Translations under genes and position numbers: made by a program
Origin: Gammaproteobacteria bacterium
GTDB taxonomy: Bacteria; Pseudomonadota; Gammaproteobacteria; Magnimaribacterales; TMED112
Direction of reading: 5' to 3'
Length of the DNA: 64,000 nt
Assembly: GCA_002716745.1 (NCBI GenBank)
Contig: PBBW01000005.1
Coordinates: forward strand, 184,151 to 248,150
Part shown: positions 9,725 through 19,231 of the stretch, in pieces
Layout of the letters: every line of letters begins with the position of its first letter
How positions within the stretch are numbered: position 1 is the first letter of the stretch
Notes under the pieces: generated by a model
The model's input: only the letters and a program-made list of their open reading frames with translations
What the model was told of the DNA's origin: nothing
The model's database searches: none

Positions 9725-11185
9725 ATGGAAAAGGTTCAACAAGAAGCACTAACATTTGATGACGTTTTGGTTATACCAAAACACTCAGATGTCTTGCCCA
9801 AAGACGTATCTCTAAAAACAAAATTTACAAAAAACATTTTTTTAAACCTTCCATTTTGTTCAGCTGCAATGGACACAGTAACTGAGTCAAAAATGGCAAT
9901 TGCCTTAGCATCTCTCGGTGGCATTGGCATTATACACAAGAACTGCTCCCCATCTGAGCAAGCTGAACAAGTTAAAAAAGTTAAAAAGTTTGAAAGCGGA
10001 ATTGTTAGAGACCCAATAACTATTGAATCCTCAAATACTATCGCTGAATTAATACAACTTACTTCTGAATTAAATATTTCAGGTATGCCAGTTGTAGATA
10101 ACGGTGATTTAAAAGGGATTGTAACAAGAAGAGATTTTAGAAATGCAAGAAATACTGAACAAAGTGTTAAAAGCATTATGACTTCCAAAGAAAAATTAAT
10201 AACAGTCACAGAGGGCGAAGATCAAGAGACTGTTAAATCACTAATGTATAAACATCGAATTGAAAAGATCTTAGTTCTTGATAAACAAAAAAATTTAGTT
10301 GGATTAATAACAATGAAAGATATTGAGAAATCAATAGATTATCCACTGGCATCAAGGGATCCAGAGGGCAGACTAATTGTTGGTGCTGCAGTTGGTGTAA
10401 GTAAAAATTTAGATGAAAGAGCTAAAAAGCTCTCATCAGCTGGAGTAGATGTCTTTGTTATAGATAGTGCACACGGGGACTCAAAAGGAGTTGTGGATGT
10501 TTTAAAATCCCTAAAAAAACAATATCCAAGCATTGATGTGGTTGCAGGAAATGTTGCTACAAAAGAGGGAGCTCAATTACTTATTGATGCTGGCGCTGAT
10601 GCAATAAAAGTTGGAGTTGGCCCTGGCTCTATTTGCACAACTAGAATAATTGCGGGCATAGGAGTTCCACAACTATCCGCTATTTTAGAAGTTCGAAAAG
10701 CATGTAAGAGCATCCCTATAATTTCGGATGGTGGTATAAGATTTTCTGGAGATGTGGTAAAAGCAATTGGTGCAGGAGCAGACTCTGTAATGCTTGGAAG
10801 TGCTTTTGCCGGAACAGAAGAAGCTCCAGGAGAAGTTGAGCTTTACCAAGGTAGAAGCTTTAAGACATATAGAGGAATGGGCTCGATAAGTGCAATGGCA
10901 AAAATGACTGATGCAAGCAGGTATATGCATGGAGACGATGTTGATGCTGATAAAATGGTTCCAGAGGGCATTGAGGGAAGGGTTCCTTTCAGAGGCTGGT
11001 TAAAAGATGTTGTCTTTCAAATGGAAGGTGGCCTTAGACAGGGAATGGGATATACAGGATCTGAAACTATTCTAAATTTAAAAGAAAGAGTTCAATTTCA
11101 AAAAATCACCTCCTCTGGAGTAAAAGAAAGCCATGTACATGATGTAAGCATCACTAAAGAGGCACCAAATTATAGAGCAGATTGA
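9725..11185 (+). CDS. guaB: IMP dehydrogenase
   Basis: Full-length IMPDH with a CBS pair. Catalytic loop '[11 protein letters not shown]'. Also 'ISDGGIR.SGD' and 'GSAFAG'. Confidence 0.95.
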   Translation: MEKVQQEALTFDDVLVIPKHSDVLPKDVSLKTKFTKNIFLNLPFCSAAMDTVTESKMAIALASLGGIGIIHKNCSPSEQAEQVKKVKKFESGIVRDPITIESSNTIAELIQLTSELNISGMPVVDNGDLKGIVTRRDFRNARNTEQSVKSIMTSKEKLITVTEGEDQETVKSLMYKHRIEKILVLDKQKNLVGLITMKDIEKSIDYPLASRDPEGRLIVGAAVGVSKNLDERAKKLSSAGVDVFVIDSAHGDSKGVVDVLKSLKKQYPSIDVVAGNVATKEGAQLLIDAGADAIKVGVGPGSICTTRIIAGIGVPQLSAILEVRKACKSIPIISDGGIRFSGDVVKAIGAGADSVMLGSAFAGTEEAPGEVELYQGRSFKTYRGMGSISAMAKMTDASRYMHGDDVDADKMVPEGIEGRVPFRGWLKDVVFQMEGGLRQGMGYTGSETILNLKERVQFQKITSSGVKESHVHDVSITKEAPNYRAD

Positions 11186-12708
11186 TGAAAAAAATCTTAG
11201 TTATAGATTTCGGCTCTCAATACACACAACTTATTGCAAGAAGACTTAGAGAGCTTAATATATACTCCGAAGTACGCCCTTGGGATGAAGTCTCAAGTCT
11301 TGAAGATGTTGAAGGATTTGTTCTTTCAGGTGGTCCAGAGTCCTCAAATATAGATGGTAATCCTAAAATAGATAAAAGCATATTTGATTCTAAAAAACCT
11401 ATCTTAGGTGTTTGTTATGGAATGCAAGTGCTTGCATATCAAGAAGGTGGAGAGATAGCCAACGAAGGCAAAAAAGAATTTGGTCACACTGAAATTGAGC
11501 TGAAAAATAATTCTTCGTTATTTAATGGTATTGAAGAAAAAGTTAATGTATGGATGTCACATGGTGACAAAGTGAAATCGCTTCCTGAAGGATATGAAAT
11601 TATTGCCTCTTCTAATAACTCACCAATTGCAGCATTTCAAAATCATTCAAAAAATCACTTTGGATTGCAATTCCATCCTGAGGTTACTCATACAAAATTT
11701 GGTACTCAAATTATTGAAAACTTCGTAGAGAGGTGCGACATTAAGCAAAACTGGAATGCATCAGATATTCTTAATCAAATAGATGAAGAAGTTGCAAGAA
11801 CAGCAAAAAATGAGAATGTACTACTAGCATTAAGTGGCGGTGTAGATTCTACAGTTCTAGCAGCAGTACTTTATAAAATATTAGGCAAACGACTAACATG
11901 TGTCATGGTAGATCATGGTTTACTAAGGATGAACGAAGGAAAAAATGTGATAAATAATTTGAAAGAGAAAATCGGTTTAGAAGTGAATTTAGTCAATGCT
12001 GAGGATTTATTTTTAAATAAATTAATTGGCATTACTGATCCTGAGAAAAAAAGAAAAATTATTGGTAACACATTTATAGAAGTATTTGAGGAGGAGAGTA
12101 AACAACTTGATGGTATTAAGTGGCTTGCACAAGGTACTATTTATCCAGATGTAATTGAATCTGCAGGTAACTCAAAATCAAAAGCAAAAGTTATTAAGTC
12201 TCATCATAATGTTGGAGGCTTGCCAGAAAGAATGAACCTTAAATTATTAGAGCCTTTTAGGATGTTATTTAAGGACGAAGTTAGAAAGATTGGAAAAGCC
12301 ATTGGCTTGCCAAATGAGATTGTTGAAAGACATCCATTCCCAGGTCCCGGTCTTGGCATAAGGGTGATTGGTGAAGTAAATGAAAAAAGGCTACAAAGAT
12401 TAAGAGAAGCAGACCACATTTTTTTAACAGAGCTAAAAAATTATGATTTATATTATTCTGCGAGCCAGGCATATGCTTTTTATATGCCAATAAAATCAGT
12501 AGGAGTAGTTGGAGATAACAGGATATATGCAGATGTAATTGGATTGAGATCAGTAAATACCACTGATTTTATGACCGCTAAAGCAACAAATCTTCCTCAT
12601 GAGTTCGTAGAGCATGTCTCTACCCGTATAGTTAATGAGATTGATGGAATAAGTAGGGTGGTCTACGATATCACTTCAAAACCACCAGCCACAATCGAGT
12701 GGGAATAA
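11182..12708 (+). CDS. guaA: GMP synthase (glutamine-hydrolysing)
   Basis: GATase 'GVCYGMQ', PP-loop 'SGGVDS' and the C-terminal 'KPPATIEWE'. Confidence 0.95.
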   Translation: MMKKILVIDFGSQYTQLIARRLRELNIYSEVRPWDEVSSLEDVEGFVLSGGPESSNIDGNPKIDKSIFDSKKPILGVCYGMQVLAYQEGGEIANEGKKEFGHTEIELKNNSSLFNGIEEKVNVWMSHGDKVKSLPEGYEIIASSNNSPIAAFQNHSKNHFGLQFHPEVTHTKFGTQIIENFVERCDIKQNWNASDILNQIDEEVARTAKNENVLLALSGGVDSTVLAAVLYKILGKRLTCVMVDHGLLRMNEGKNVINNLKEKIGLEVNLVNAEDLFLNKLIGITDPEKKRKIIGNTFIEVFEEESKQLDGIKWLAQGTIYPDVIESAGNSKSKAKVIKSHHNVGGLPERMNLKLLEPFRMLFKDEVRKIGKAIGLPNEIVERHPFPGPGLGIRVIGEVNEKRLQRLREADHIFLTELKNYDLYYSASQAYAFYMPIKSVGVVGDNRIYADVIGLRSVNTTDFMTAKATNLPHEFVEHVSTRIVNEIDGISRVVYDITSKPPATIEWE

Positions 12709-12716
12709 AGTGAATA
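12691..12716 (+). repeat. Left copy of a 26-bp imperfect direct repeat (last 5 codons and stop of guaA plus 8 nt)
   Basis: ACAATCGAGTGGGAATAAAGTGAATA. Matches 15945-15970 at 22 of 26 positions. Confidence 0.8.
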
Positions 12717-12744
12717 GATCTATAATTTAAAAAGAGCAATTGAG

Positions 12745-14496
12745 ATGAAAGAAAAAATAACATGCCTGATAAGAGGAAAAGAAGTTGTAAAAACTCCTGA
12801 AGAAATTGTGAGACAGGATTTTATTGCAGAACTTATAGAGCACCATAACTACTCAAAAGAGCAAATTGCTGTAGAAGTCGGAATAAAGATGGGCTCTACT
12901 ATTCACAAGAAAAGAGCAGATATTGTTGTTTATGAAGATACAAAAAAGTTAACTCCAAAAATTATAATTGAGAATAAAAAGAAAAATAGAATTGATGGAT
13001 TAGATCAGCTTCATTCATATATGAATGCTACTGGTGTAATTTTTGGGGTTTGGACAAATGGTGATCCTGTTTTCCAGCTAAAAGAGAATGTTAATAGATT
13101 TAGAGTTATAAGTAATATTCCGAAAGATGGCGAGACTCTTGAGGATATCGATAACCCATTAACAAAATCAGATCTGAGAAAAATTGAAGATTTAGTTTCA
13201 GTCATAAAGGATTGTGAAAATGAGATTGCTCTTCAGCAAGGAGTTGATTTTTTTAATGAAATTTTTAAGATAATTTTTACAAAGCTTTACGATGAAAAAA
13301 CAAATCTTTCTAAAGATACCTCTAAGTGCGAATTTAGAATTAAAGTCACAGACAGTCATAAAAATTCAGCAGAGACTATAAAAAAACTATTTTCAAAAGC
13401 TAAAACAAAATGGAAAGGTATTTTTGATGATAATGAGGAGATTAAACTTAACAATTATAATACTACATACACTGCGAGTGCTTTAGAAAATTACCATTTG
13501 ATTGGATCGAATATAGATGTTATTGGAACTGCTTTTGAAGCGATGGTAAATCCTGATTTTAAAGGAGAATTGGGACAATATTTCACTCCTAGACAAGTCG
13601 TAAAGGCATGTGTAGAAATGTTAAATCCTAAAGAAGATGAAACAGTATTCGATCCCGCTTGCGGCTCAGGAGGTTTTCTTGTTTATGCTTTAGATCATGT
13701 TTACAAAACAATAGAGCAAAAATGGGATAACCCGGTTGAGGCTATCAGCCAACAAAACGAATATGCTCAAAGAAAAATTTTTGGACTGGATTATGATCCA
13801 AGATTAGTAAAAGTCTGTAAGGCTTATATGTTAATTTGGGGAGATGGCAGATCAAATATTTATTGGAAGGATTCAATAGATTCTGATGCTTGGGATAGTC
13901 AGATAAAACAATCAATTAAAGATATCGATATTATTTTTACAAATCCGCCTTTTTCTGGCGATTTAAAAAAAACGGAAGTTCTATCCCAATTTGATTTGTC
14001 ATATAAGGGGGATCCTTCATCAAACAAAATACAGAATAAAGTAACAAAACCAATTTTAATGCTAGAACAATGTTATAAGGTATTAAAACCTGGTGGAAGG
14101 CTATGCATAGTTTTACCACAAGGAATTTTAAATAACTTAAATGATGACTATATTAGAGATTTTCTTAAAGATAAATTTAGGATTCTTGGAATTGTTGGCT
14201 TAGAACAAAATACTTTTAAGCCATTTACTACTCCCAAGACATCACTTTTATTCCTTCAAAAGTATAAAAAAACAGATATTAAAGAAGAAAATTATGAAGT
14301 TTTTATTGCTACATCTAAGTTTTCTGGAAAGGATAAAAGAGGAAATAATGTTTATGAAGGGCAGGAATTGATTAAAGGATTTAGAGTTGGGAAAGATCCT
14401 GAGAACGCAAATATAGAAGATATCAAAACTGACTTATATGAAATTTCTCAAGAATTTATAAAATTTTGTAAAAAACAGAATTTGGATTTCTTTTAG
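12745..14496 (+). CDS. Fused PD-(D/E)xK (HsdR_N-type) domain and gamma-class N6-adenine DNA methyltransferase (candidate R-M subunit)
   Basis: The N-terminal approximately 100 aa resemble the type I HsdR N-terminal domain, with 'RADIVVYED...IIIENKKK' (D59...E76-x-K78). The MTase part has 'GQYFTPRQVV', motif I 'VFDPACGSGGFL' and motif IV 'FTNPPFSG'. Confidence 0.75.
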   Translation: MKEKITCLIRGKEVVKTPEEIVRQDFIAELIEHHNYSKEQIAVEVGIKMGSTIHKKRADIVVYEDTKKLTPKIIIENKKKNRIDGLDQLHSYMNATGVIFGVWTNGDPVFQLKENVNRFRVISNIPKDGETLEDIDNPLTKSDLRKIEDLVSVIKDCENEIALQQGVDFFNEIFKIIFTKLYDEKTNLSKDTSKCEFRIKVTDSHKNSAETIKKLFSKAKTKWKGIFDDNEEIKLNNYNTTYTASALENYHLIGSNIDVIGTAFEAMVNPDFKGELGQYFTPRQVVKACVEMLNPKEDETVFDPACGSGGFLVYALDHVYKTIEQKWDNPVEAISQQNEYAQRKIFGLDYDPRLVKVCKAYMLIWGDGRSNIYWKDSIDSDAWDSQIKQSIKDIDIIFTNPPFSGDLKKTEVLSQFDLSYKGDPSSNKIQNKVTKPILMLEQCYKVLKPGGRLCIVLPQGILNNLNDDYIRDFLKDKFRILGIVGLEQNTFKPFTTPKTSLLFLQKYKKTDIKEENYEVFIATSKFSGKDKRGNNVYEGQELIKGFRVGKDPENANIEDIKTDLYEISQEFIKFCKKQNLDFF

Positions 14497-14498
14497 TC

Positions 14499-15878
14499 AT
14501 GAATTTCAATATTGTTAAATTATCTGATTTGATTGATAAAAAGAGAATGGACTCAGAGTATTTCTATGCTGAGTTAATTAACGAAGAAAAATCAATTAAA
14601 GAAGGAAAGCTTTTTGAGGATTATTTTAAAGTTTTAGGAGATAAGTTTGATAAAAATAAATACGATAAGGATACTTTCAATTATTTAGAAATATCTGGCA
14701 TAGATGTATATTCTGGGAATTATGTTACGGACATTCATAAAACAGACTTAGCACCATCTAGGGCAACAAAATTAGCAAAACTTGGTGCTGTAGTCGTATC
14801 TTCGGTGCGTCCTTATAGGAGTGGAGTTGCTATTATCCAGAAAGAATGTGTCTGTTCTTCAGGATTTATTTTGTTTGAGCCCACTGGAGATATCTCAAAA
14901 GAAGAACTATTTCTGTATCTAAAATCAGATTTGTTCAAACGACAAATTTCGAGGAGAACAAGAGCTACTATGTATCCTGCTGTAGATGAAATTGATTTCA
15001 AAGATCTCGTTTTACCAAATCTTGATTATAGTTTCTCGCAAGAAATTAAAACCAAGATACCTAATATTTATTCTCTTGAGGAAAAGAAATTAAAAATTGA
15101 GGATGAAACAAAAGAGGCGGTAAACCTATTCTTAACTAACTATTTTAAGGGTTTGGATATAGATTCTATTAAGAATTTATCTATATCAAAAATTGATATA
15201 TCAACTTTATTTCAGGATAAAGAAAACAGAATAGACTCTGAGTTTTATCATAAATTTTATCTATCTATGGAGGAACTTTTCTTGAAATCAGGTAACTTCT
15301 TTTATTTGAAAGATTATTTCCAAACTATATTCAAGGGTAATACACCCTCAAAAAAAGAACAAACTGAAAGTAACTATGGATACTCAATTATAAAGGCTAA
15401 TGCACTATCAGATGCAGGATTAAATTTTTTTAAGAGAGAGCCTATAACAGAAGATTTTTATAAAAAGTCTATTTCAAAATTAACTCAACATCTTGATATT
15501 CTAATTTTATCAGATGCTCATAGTCAGGATCATATTGGTAAGAAGATAAATATAATTACTGAAGATGAATCTTTGTTAGAGTCAGTGATAACATCAGGAG
15601 AGCTCATAACAATACGAGGAGGCAAATTATCTAATGGCTTAATTTTATATTTATATTTCTTTTTAGGCTCAAGATATGGATATTTATCTATTCAAAGGCA
15701 AGTAAGGGGCATCACTTCACACTTGTATCCTAATGATGTGTTGGAAATAAAAATTCCAGAACCAGATAAGCAATTGTTAAGCACTATTGAACAAAACTTC
15801 AAAATTATTAATAAGCTAGATAAAGAAAAGAAACAAATTTTAAAAAAATTGCTCGATAAGTATGATGAATTCATTTAA
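14499..15878 (+). CDS. Restriction-modification specificity (S) subunit with two target-recognition domains
   Basis: Two internally repeated halves. Each opens with 'R(M/I)DSE(Y/F)' and ends with an HsdS-type conserved region ('MYPAVDEIDFKDLVLPNLDYSFSQEI' and 'HLYPNDVLEIKIPEPDKQLLSTIEQ'). Starts 2 nt after the methylase stop. Confidence 0.7.
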   Translation: MNFNIVKLSDLIDKKRMDSEYFYAELINEEKSIKEGKLFEDYFKVLGDKFDKNKYDKDTFNYLEISGIDVYSGNYVTDIHKTDLAPSRATKLAKLGAVVVSSVRPYRSGVAIIQKECVCSSGFILFEPTGDISKEELFLYLKSDLFKRQISRRTRATMYPAVDEIDFKDLVLPNLDYSFSQEIKTKIPNIYSLEEKKLKIEDETKEAVNLFLTNYFKGLDIDSIKNLSISKIDISTLFQDKENRIDSEFYHKFYLSMEELFLKSGNFFYLKDYFQTIFKGNTPSKKEQTESNYGYSIIKANALSDAGLNFFKREPITEDFYKKSISKLTQHLDILILSDAHSQDHIGKKINIITEDESLLESVITSGELITIRGGKLSNGLILYLYFFLGSRYGYLSIQRQVRGITSHLYPNDVLEIKIPEPDKQLLSTIEQNFKIINKLDKEKKQILKKLLDKYDEFI

Positions 15879-15944
15879 TCGAGTTACAAAGTATAATTAT
15901 GAAGCCTTTAAAGTATTGATTTTACAGGCTATTTTAGTAACGTA

Positions 15945-15970
15945 ACTATTGAGTGGGAGTGAAGTGAATA
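15945..15970 (+). repeat. Right copy of the 26-bp direct repeat (degenerate guaA 3' terminus)
   Basis: ACTATTGAGTGGGAGTGAAGTGAATA. Reads T-I-E-W-E-stop plus AGTGAATA and abuts the ATG at 15971. Confidence 0.8.
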
Positions 15971-16816
15971 ATGGTTAATTCACTAGATCATATTATCGTC
16001 GCAGTAGAAGATCTTGAGGTCGCAAAAAATAATTATGAGAAAATCTTTGGTTTGTCACCAGTTTGGCGAGGGAAACATAAAGATTTTGGAACGTCGAACG
16101 TATTATTTAATTTTGAAAATACTTATTTCGAGCTTTTAGCCTCAACTGGAACTGGTTTGGGAGCAGAGCTTGTAGAAAAGCATATTAAAGAGAAAGGTGA
16201 AGGGCTATTGGGCTTTGTAATGGGCACTGATGATATAAATTTTTTAAGAACAAAAATTAATGATTCTGGTTTTTCATTACCAGACTTAACAAGTGGTGAG
16301 AGCATAAATGACCAAACTGGAGAAACAAGAACATGGATAAATCAATTTTTGCCCCCTGAGATGTCTCGTGGTTTATTTTCTTTTGTTATTCAGCATAAAA
16401 CTGGAGTTTTGCCCTCAGTTGATTCATATTCTAGATCAGCGATACACAGATTAGATCATGCTGTAATTCAAACAAATGATCCTGATGGATTCATAAAAAT
16501 TTATAGGGATGTATTTGGTATTCGGTTAGCACTGGATAAATTTATTAAGGCCTGGAAAAAGAGGATGTTGTTTTTTAGGACCAATAAAACCACTATTGAA
16601 GTCATAGAGGAACATGGTTCTGAACCAGAATGCAATGATACTCTTTGGGGATTAGCATGGCAGGTTAAAGATATTGTAGAAGTAAGAAATAGACTTTTAA
16701 AAAACAATGTCGAAATTACAGAAATTAAGGAAGGAATCAAAGATGGCACCCTAGTAGCTACTCTTAAGTCGCATAATCACAATGTTCCAACTCTTTTCAT
16801 AGAAAATAAAATATAG
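15971..16816 (+). CDS. VOC/glyoxalase-like two-domain protein
   Basis: 'LDHIIVAVEDLEVAKNNYEKIFG' and a second 'LDHAVIQTNDPDGFIKIYRDVFG' module. This is a tandem glyoxalase-like fold pattern. Confidence 0.6.
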   Translation: MVNSLDHIIVAVEDLEVAKNNYEKIFGLSPVWRGKHKDFGTSNVLFNFENTYFELLASTGTGLGAELVEKHIKEKGEGLLGFVMGTDDINFLRTKINDSGFSLPDLTSGESINDQTGETRTWINQFLPPEMSRGLFSFVIQHKTGVLPSVDSYSRSAIHRLDHAVIQTNDPDGFIKIYRDVFGIRLALDKFIKAWKKRMLFFRTNKTTIEVIEEHGSEPECNDTLWGLAWQVKDIVEVRNRLLKNNVEITEIKEGIKDGTLVATLKSHNHNVPTLFIENKI

Positions 16817-16877
16817 TTTATTAATGATAAAATTTATAAAGAATATCAAAATCTGAATTTAAAGGCAGGAGTTAAAA

Positions 16878-18824
16878 CTGAACTACAGAGCAGAAATTGA
16901 CGGTTTACGAGCATTAGCCGTGTTGCCAGTCATCTTTTTTCATGCAGGCTTTCAATATTTTAGTGGTGGATTTGTTGGAGTAGATGTTTTTTTCGTAATC
17001 AGTGGATACCTAATTACGAACATTATTTTATCTGAATTATCGCAAGACAGATTTAGTGTTTTAAATTTTTATGAGAGACGAGCTAGAAGAATTTTGCCAG
17101 CATTATTTTTCGTTATGCTTACTTGCATTCCATTTGCTTGGTTTTTACTTACACCAAGTGATCTTAAAGATTTTGGAGAGAGCCTAATTGCTGTTTCTAC
17201 TTTTTCATCAAACTTTTTATTTTGGTTTGAAAGTGGGTACTTTGAAACTACAGCAGAGCTTAAACCACTCTTGCATACTTGGAGTTTGGCAGTTGAGGAA
17301 CAGTATTACATCATTTTTCCAATATTTTTATTAGCATTTTGGCGCTTTGGAATTAAATCGATACTGCTTATTTTAGGGCTAGCTTTTTTTGCAAGCCTAT
17401 TAATAGCTGAGTGGGGAGCATACAACAAGCCATCAGCAACCTTTTACCTTCTACCAACAAGAGGATGGGAGCTATTAATAGGTGTATTTATTGCTTTTTA
17501 TTTAAAATACAGAGGTCACTTTAAATCCTCAGCTTTGAACCAAATTTTAAGTATTTCTGGATTAGGGATGATAGTTTATTCAATAATTTTTTTCGATCAA
17601 TCTACCCCATTTCCAAGCTTTTTTACATTAATACCAACTGTTGGTACAGGGCTACTAATTCTTTCGGCAGTTAATAAAACTATTGTTTATAAAATTTTAA
17701 GCCTTTCTCCAATTGTCTCAATTGGGCTTATTTCTTATAGCGCATACCTTTGGCATCAGCCATTGTTAGCTTTTGCAAAACATAGATTTTTGGAGGGGGT
17801 ATCAGATCTTATGTTGATTATTCTCTGTCTGAGCTCATTAGTTCTTGCTTATATAAGTTGGAAATGGGTAGAGAAACCTTTTAGAGATAAAGCCAGAACT
17901 TCAAGGAAATTTATTCTTAATTTTTCTGTGTTAGGAATATTATTTTTTAGTGCTATTGGTATGAGCATGCTTTTGAGTAAGGGTTTTGAAGGAAGGGTAA
18001 ATTTTTCTGAGGAACTAAAAGATTCTTTTAGTAAGCCTAAGGTAGGAGTTTGTTTTGATAGACCCTATAATCATTTCTCTGATGAATGGGGATGTCTTCT
18101 AGGAACTAAAAAAGAAAAGGTTGATTTCATACTATTTGGTGATTCACATGCTCTATCTTTAAAAAGTATTGTTGACAAAATTGCTACAGAAAGAGGATTA
18201 AGTGTATTTTTTACTGGATCTTCTGGATGCCCTCCTTTCATCGGAGCATTTCCCAACAGACCAGACCAGATAACCAATAATTGCAAAGCACTAAATGATA
18301 GAGTTTTAAACTATGCACGCAAACAACAAGTCAATGGAATTATTTTTTCTGCGAGATGGTCTTATTATATTGATGGAAGTTATGACGGCACTGGTGCTCA
18401 GCTAATTGCAAGGTCTAAGGATGGCCCATTTACAAAAGAAAATAGTATAAAAGCATTCAACAAATCTTTTCTTGAAACAGTAAAAGAGTACAAAGAAAAT
18501 AATATTCCAATATATTTAATATCGCAGCCCCCTCAACAAACTTCTTCTCCAGAAACGTTTTATTTCAGAACAACAAGGGGCATTGGTAGCATTTATGATT
18601 TTTCAGTTACTCGAGAAAAGTTTGAGAGTTTGGAGCGAATACCCGTTACAACATTTAAATCATTTGAAGATGAAATCAATTTTTTTCACATTATTGATGA
18701 ATTCTGTGATGAAGATAAATGTTTGGTTGGAGAAGTAAATAAAAGTTTTTATTATGACGATGATCACTTATCTACTTATGGTTCTATGAAGCTGAAAGGA
18801 ATTATTGAAGAAATTCTAAAATAG
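16878..18824 (+). CDS. OafA/YrhL-type acyltransferase-3 with C-terminal SGNH domain (probable CTG start)
   Basis: 'EIDGLRALAVLPVIFFH', 'GVDVFFVISGYLIT', 'YERRARRILPAL' and 'HTWSLAVEEQYY'. C-terminal 'LFGDSHA...DDDHLS'. The frame is open from 16863. The CTG at 16878 aligns with the paralog's Met. Confidence 0.8.
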   Translation: MNYRAEIDGLRALAVLPVIFFHAGFQYFSGGFVGVDVFFVISGYLITNIILSELSQDRFSVLNFYERRARRILPALFFVMLTCIPFAWFLLTPSDLKDFGESLIAVSTFSSNFLFWFESGYFETTAELKPLLHTWSLAVEEQYYIIFPIFLLAFWRFGIKSILLILGLAFFASLLIAEWGAYNKPSATFYLLPTRGWELLIGVFIAFYLKYRGHFKSSALNQILSISGLGMIVYSIIFFDQSTPFPSFFTLIPTVGTGLLILSAVNKTIVYKILSLSPIVSIGLISYSAYLWHQPLLAFAKHRFLEGVSDLMLIILCLSSLVLAYISWKWVEKPFRDKARTSRKFILNFSVLGILFFSAIGMSMLLSKGFEGRVNFSEELKDSFSKPKVGVCFDRPYNHFSDEWGCLLGTKKEKVDFILFGDSHALSLKSIVDKIATERGLSVFFTGSSGCPPFIGAFPNRPDQITNNCKALNDRVLNYARKQQVNGIIFSARWSYYIDGSYDGTGAQLIARSKDGPFTKENSIKAFNKSFLETVKEYKENNIPIYLISQPPQQTSSPETFYFRTTRGIGSIYDFSVTREKFESLERIPVTTFKSFEDEINFFHIIDEFCDEDKCLVGEVNKSFYYDDDHLSTYGSMKLKGIIEEILK

Positions 18825-18842
18825 ACTTTTTAGAACATCCTA

Positions 18843-19229
18843 TTAATTTTCATCTTTCGTTAATAGCAAAAGGCCAGCAATTATACCAAGATTCTTTATA
18901 AAATTTTGTGTTTCATGCTGCTGGCTTTCTTCTCCTGACATATTCCAAAAATCATGAATGTAGAAATTTATCAACAGAGTGACAATAACTAAAACTAGTG
19001 AACTTAGAGATACCTTTCTACCTAAAATTAACAGTAATCCAAAAATTATTTGTAAAACCCCTATCAAAAAAAGAGAAAATGTGGGGAAGGGTACTTGGCG
19101 CTCTAATACAAGGTCAAAATTACTCTCAAAAAGCAGGAATTTAGAAATTCCTGGAAGAATAAAATAAATCCCAAGTAAAACTCTTCCTAAGTTGTAGAAA
19201 GTTTCACTTGGAATTTGATTTAAAAACAA
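18843..19229 (-). CDS. DoxX family membrane protein
   Basis: 128 aa with four hydrophobic segments. 'LGRVLLGIYFILPGISKF' is a DoxX-like N-terminus. Confidence 0.55.
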   Translation of the reverse strand: MFLNQIPSETFYNLGRVLLGIYFILPGISKFLLFESNFDLVLERQVPFPTFSLFLIGVLQIIFGLLLILGRKVSLSSLVLVIVTLLINFYIHDFWNMSGEESQQHETQNFIKNLGIIAGLLLLTKDEN

Positions 19230-19231
19230 AG

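Larger units (their letters stand above)
12717..15944. mobile_element. Putative integrase-less inserted cassette carrying only the two R-M genes, at the guaA 3' end
   Basis: Bracketed by the 26-bp repeat pair. Two hand-counted 60-nt lines gave about 22% GC here versus about 40% in guaB. No recombinase gene is present in the window. Confidence 0.45.

Noticed and set aside
9736-10209. Long antisense ORFs inside well-supported genes. Examples: 9736..10209 in guaB, 62667..63140 in uvrB, 4237..4611 in the ALDH gene, 37829..38206 and 38325..38660 across pyrD/topA, 55320..55697 in umuC, 34304..34597 in mazG and 19625..20261 in the DUF305 gene.
   Set aside because: Each lies entirely opposite a gene with unmistakable conserved motifs and has a low-complexity, Ser/Leu/Phe-rich translation with no family resemblance. 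They are typical shadow ORFs.
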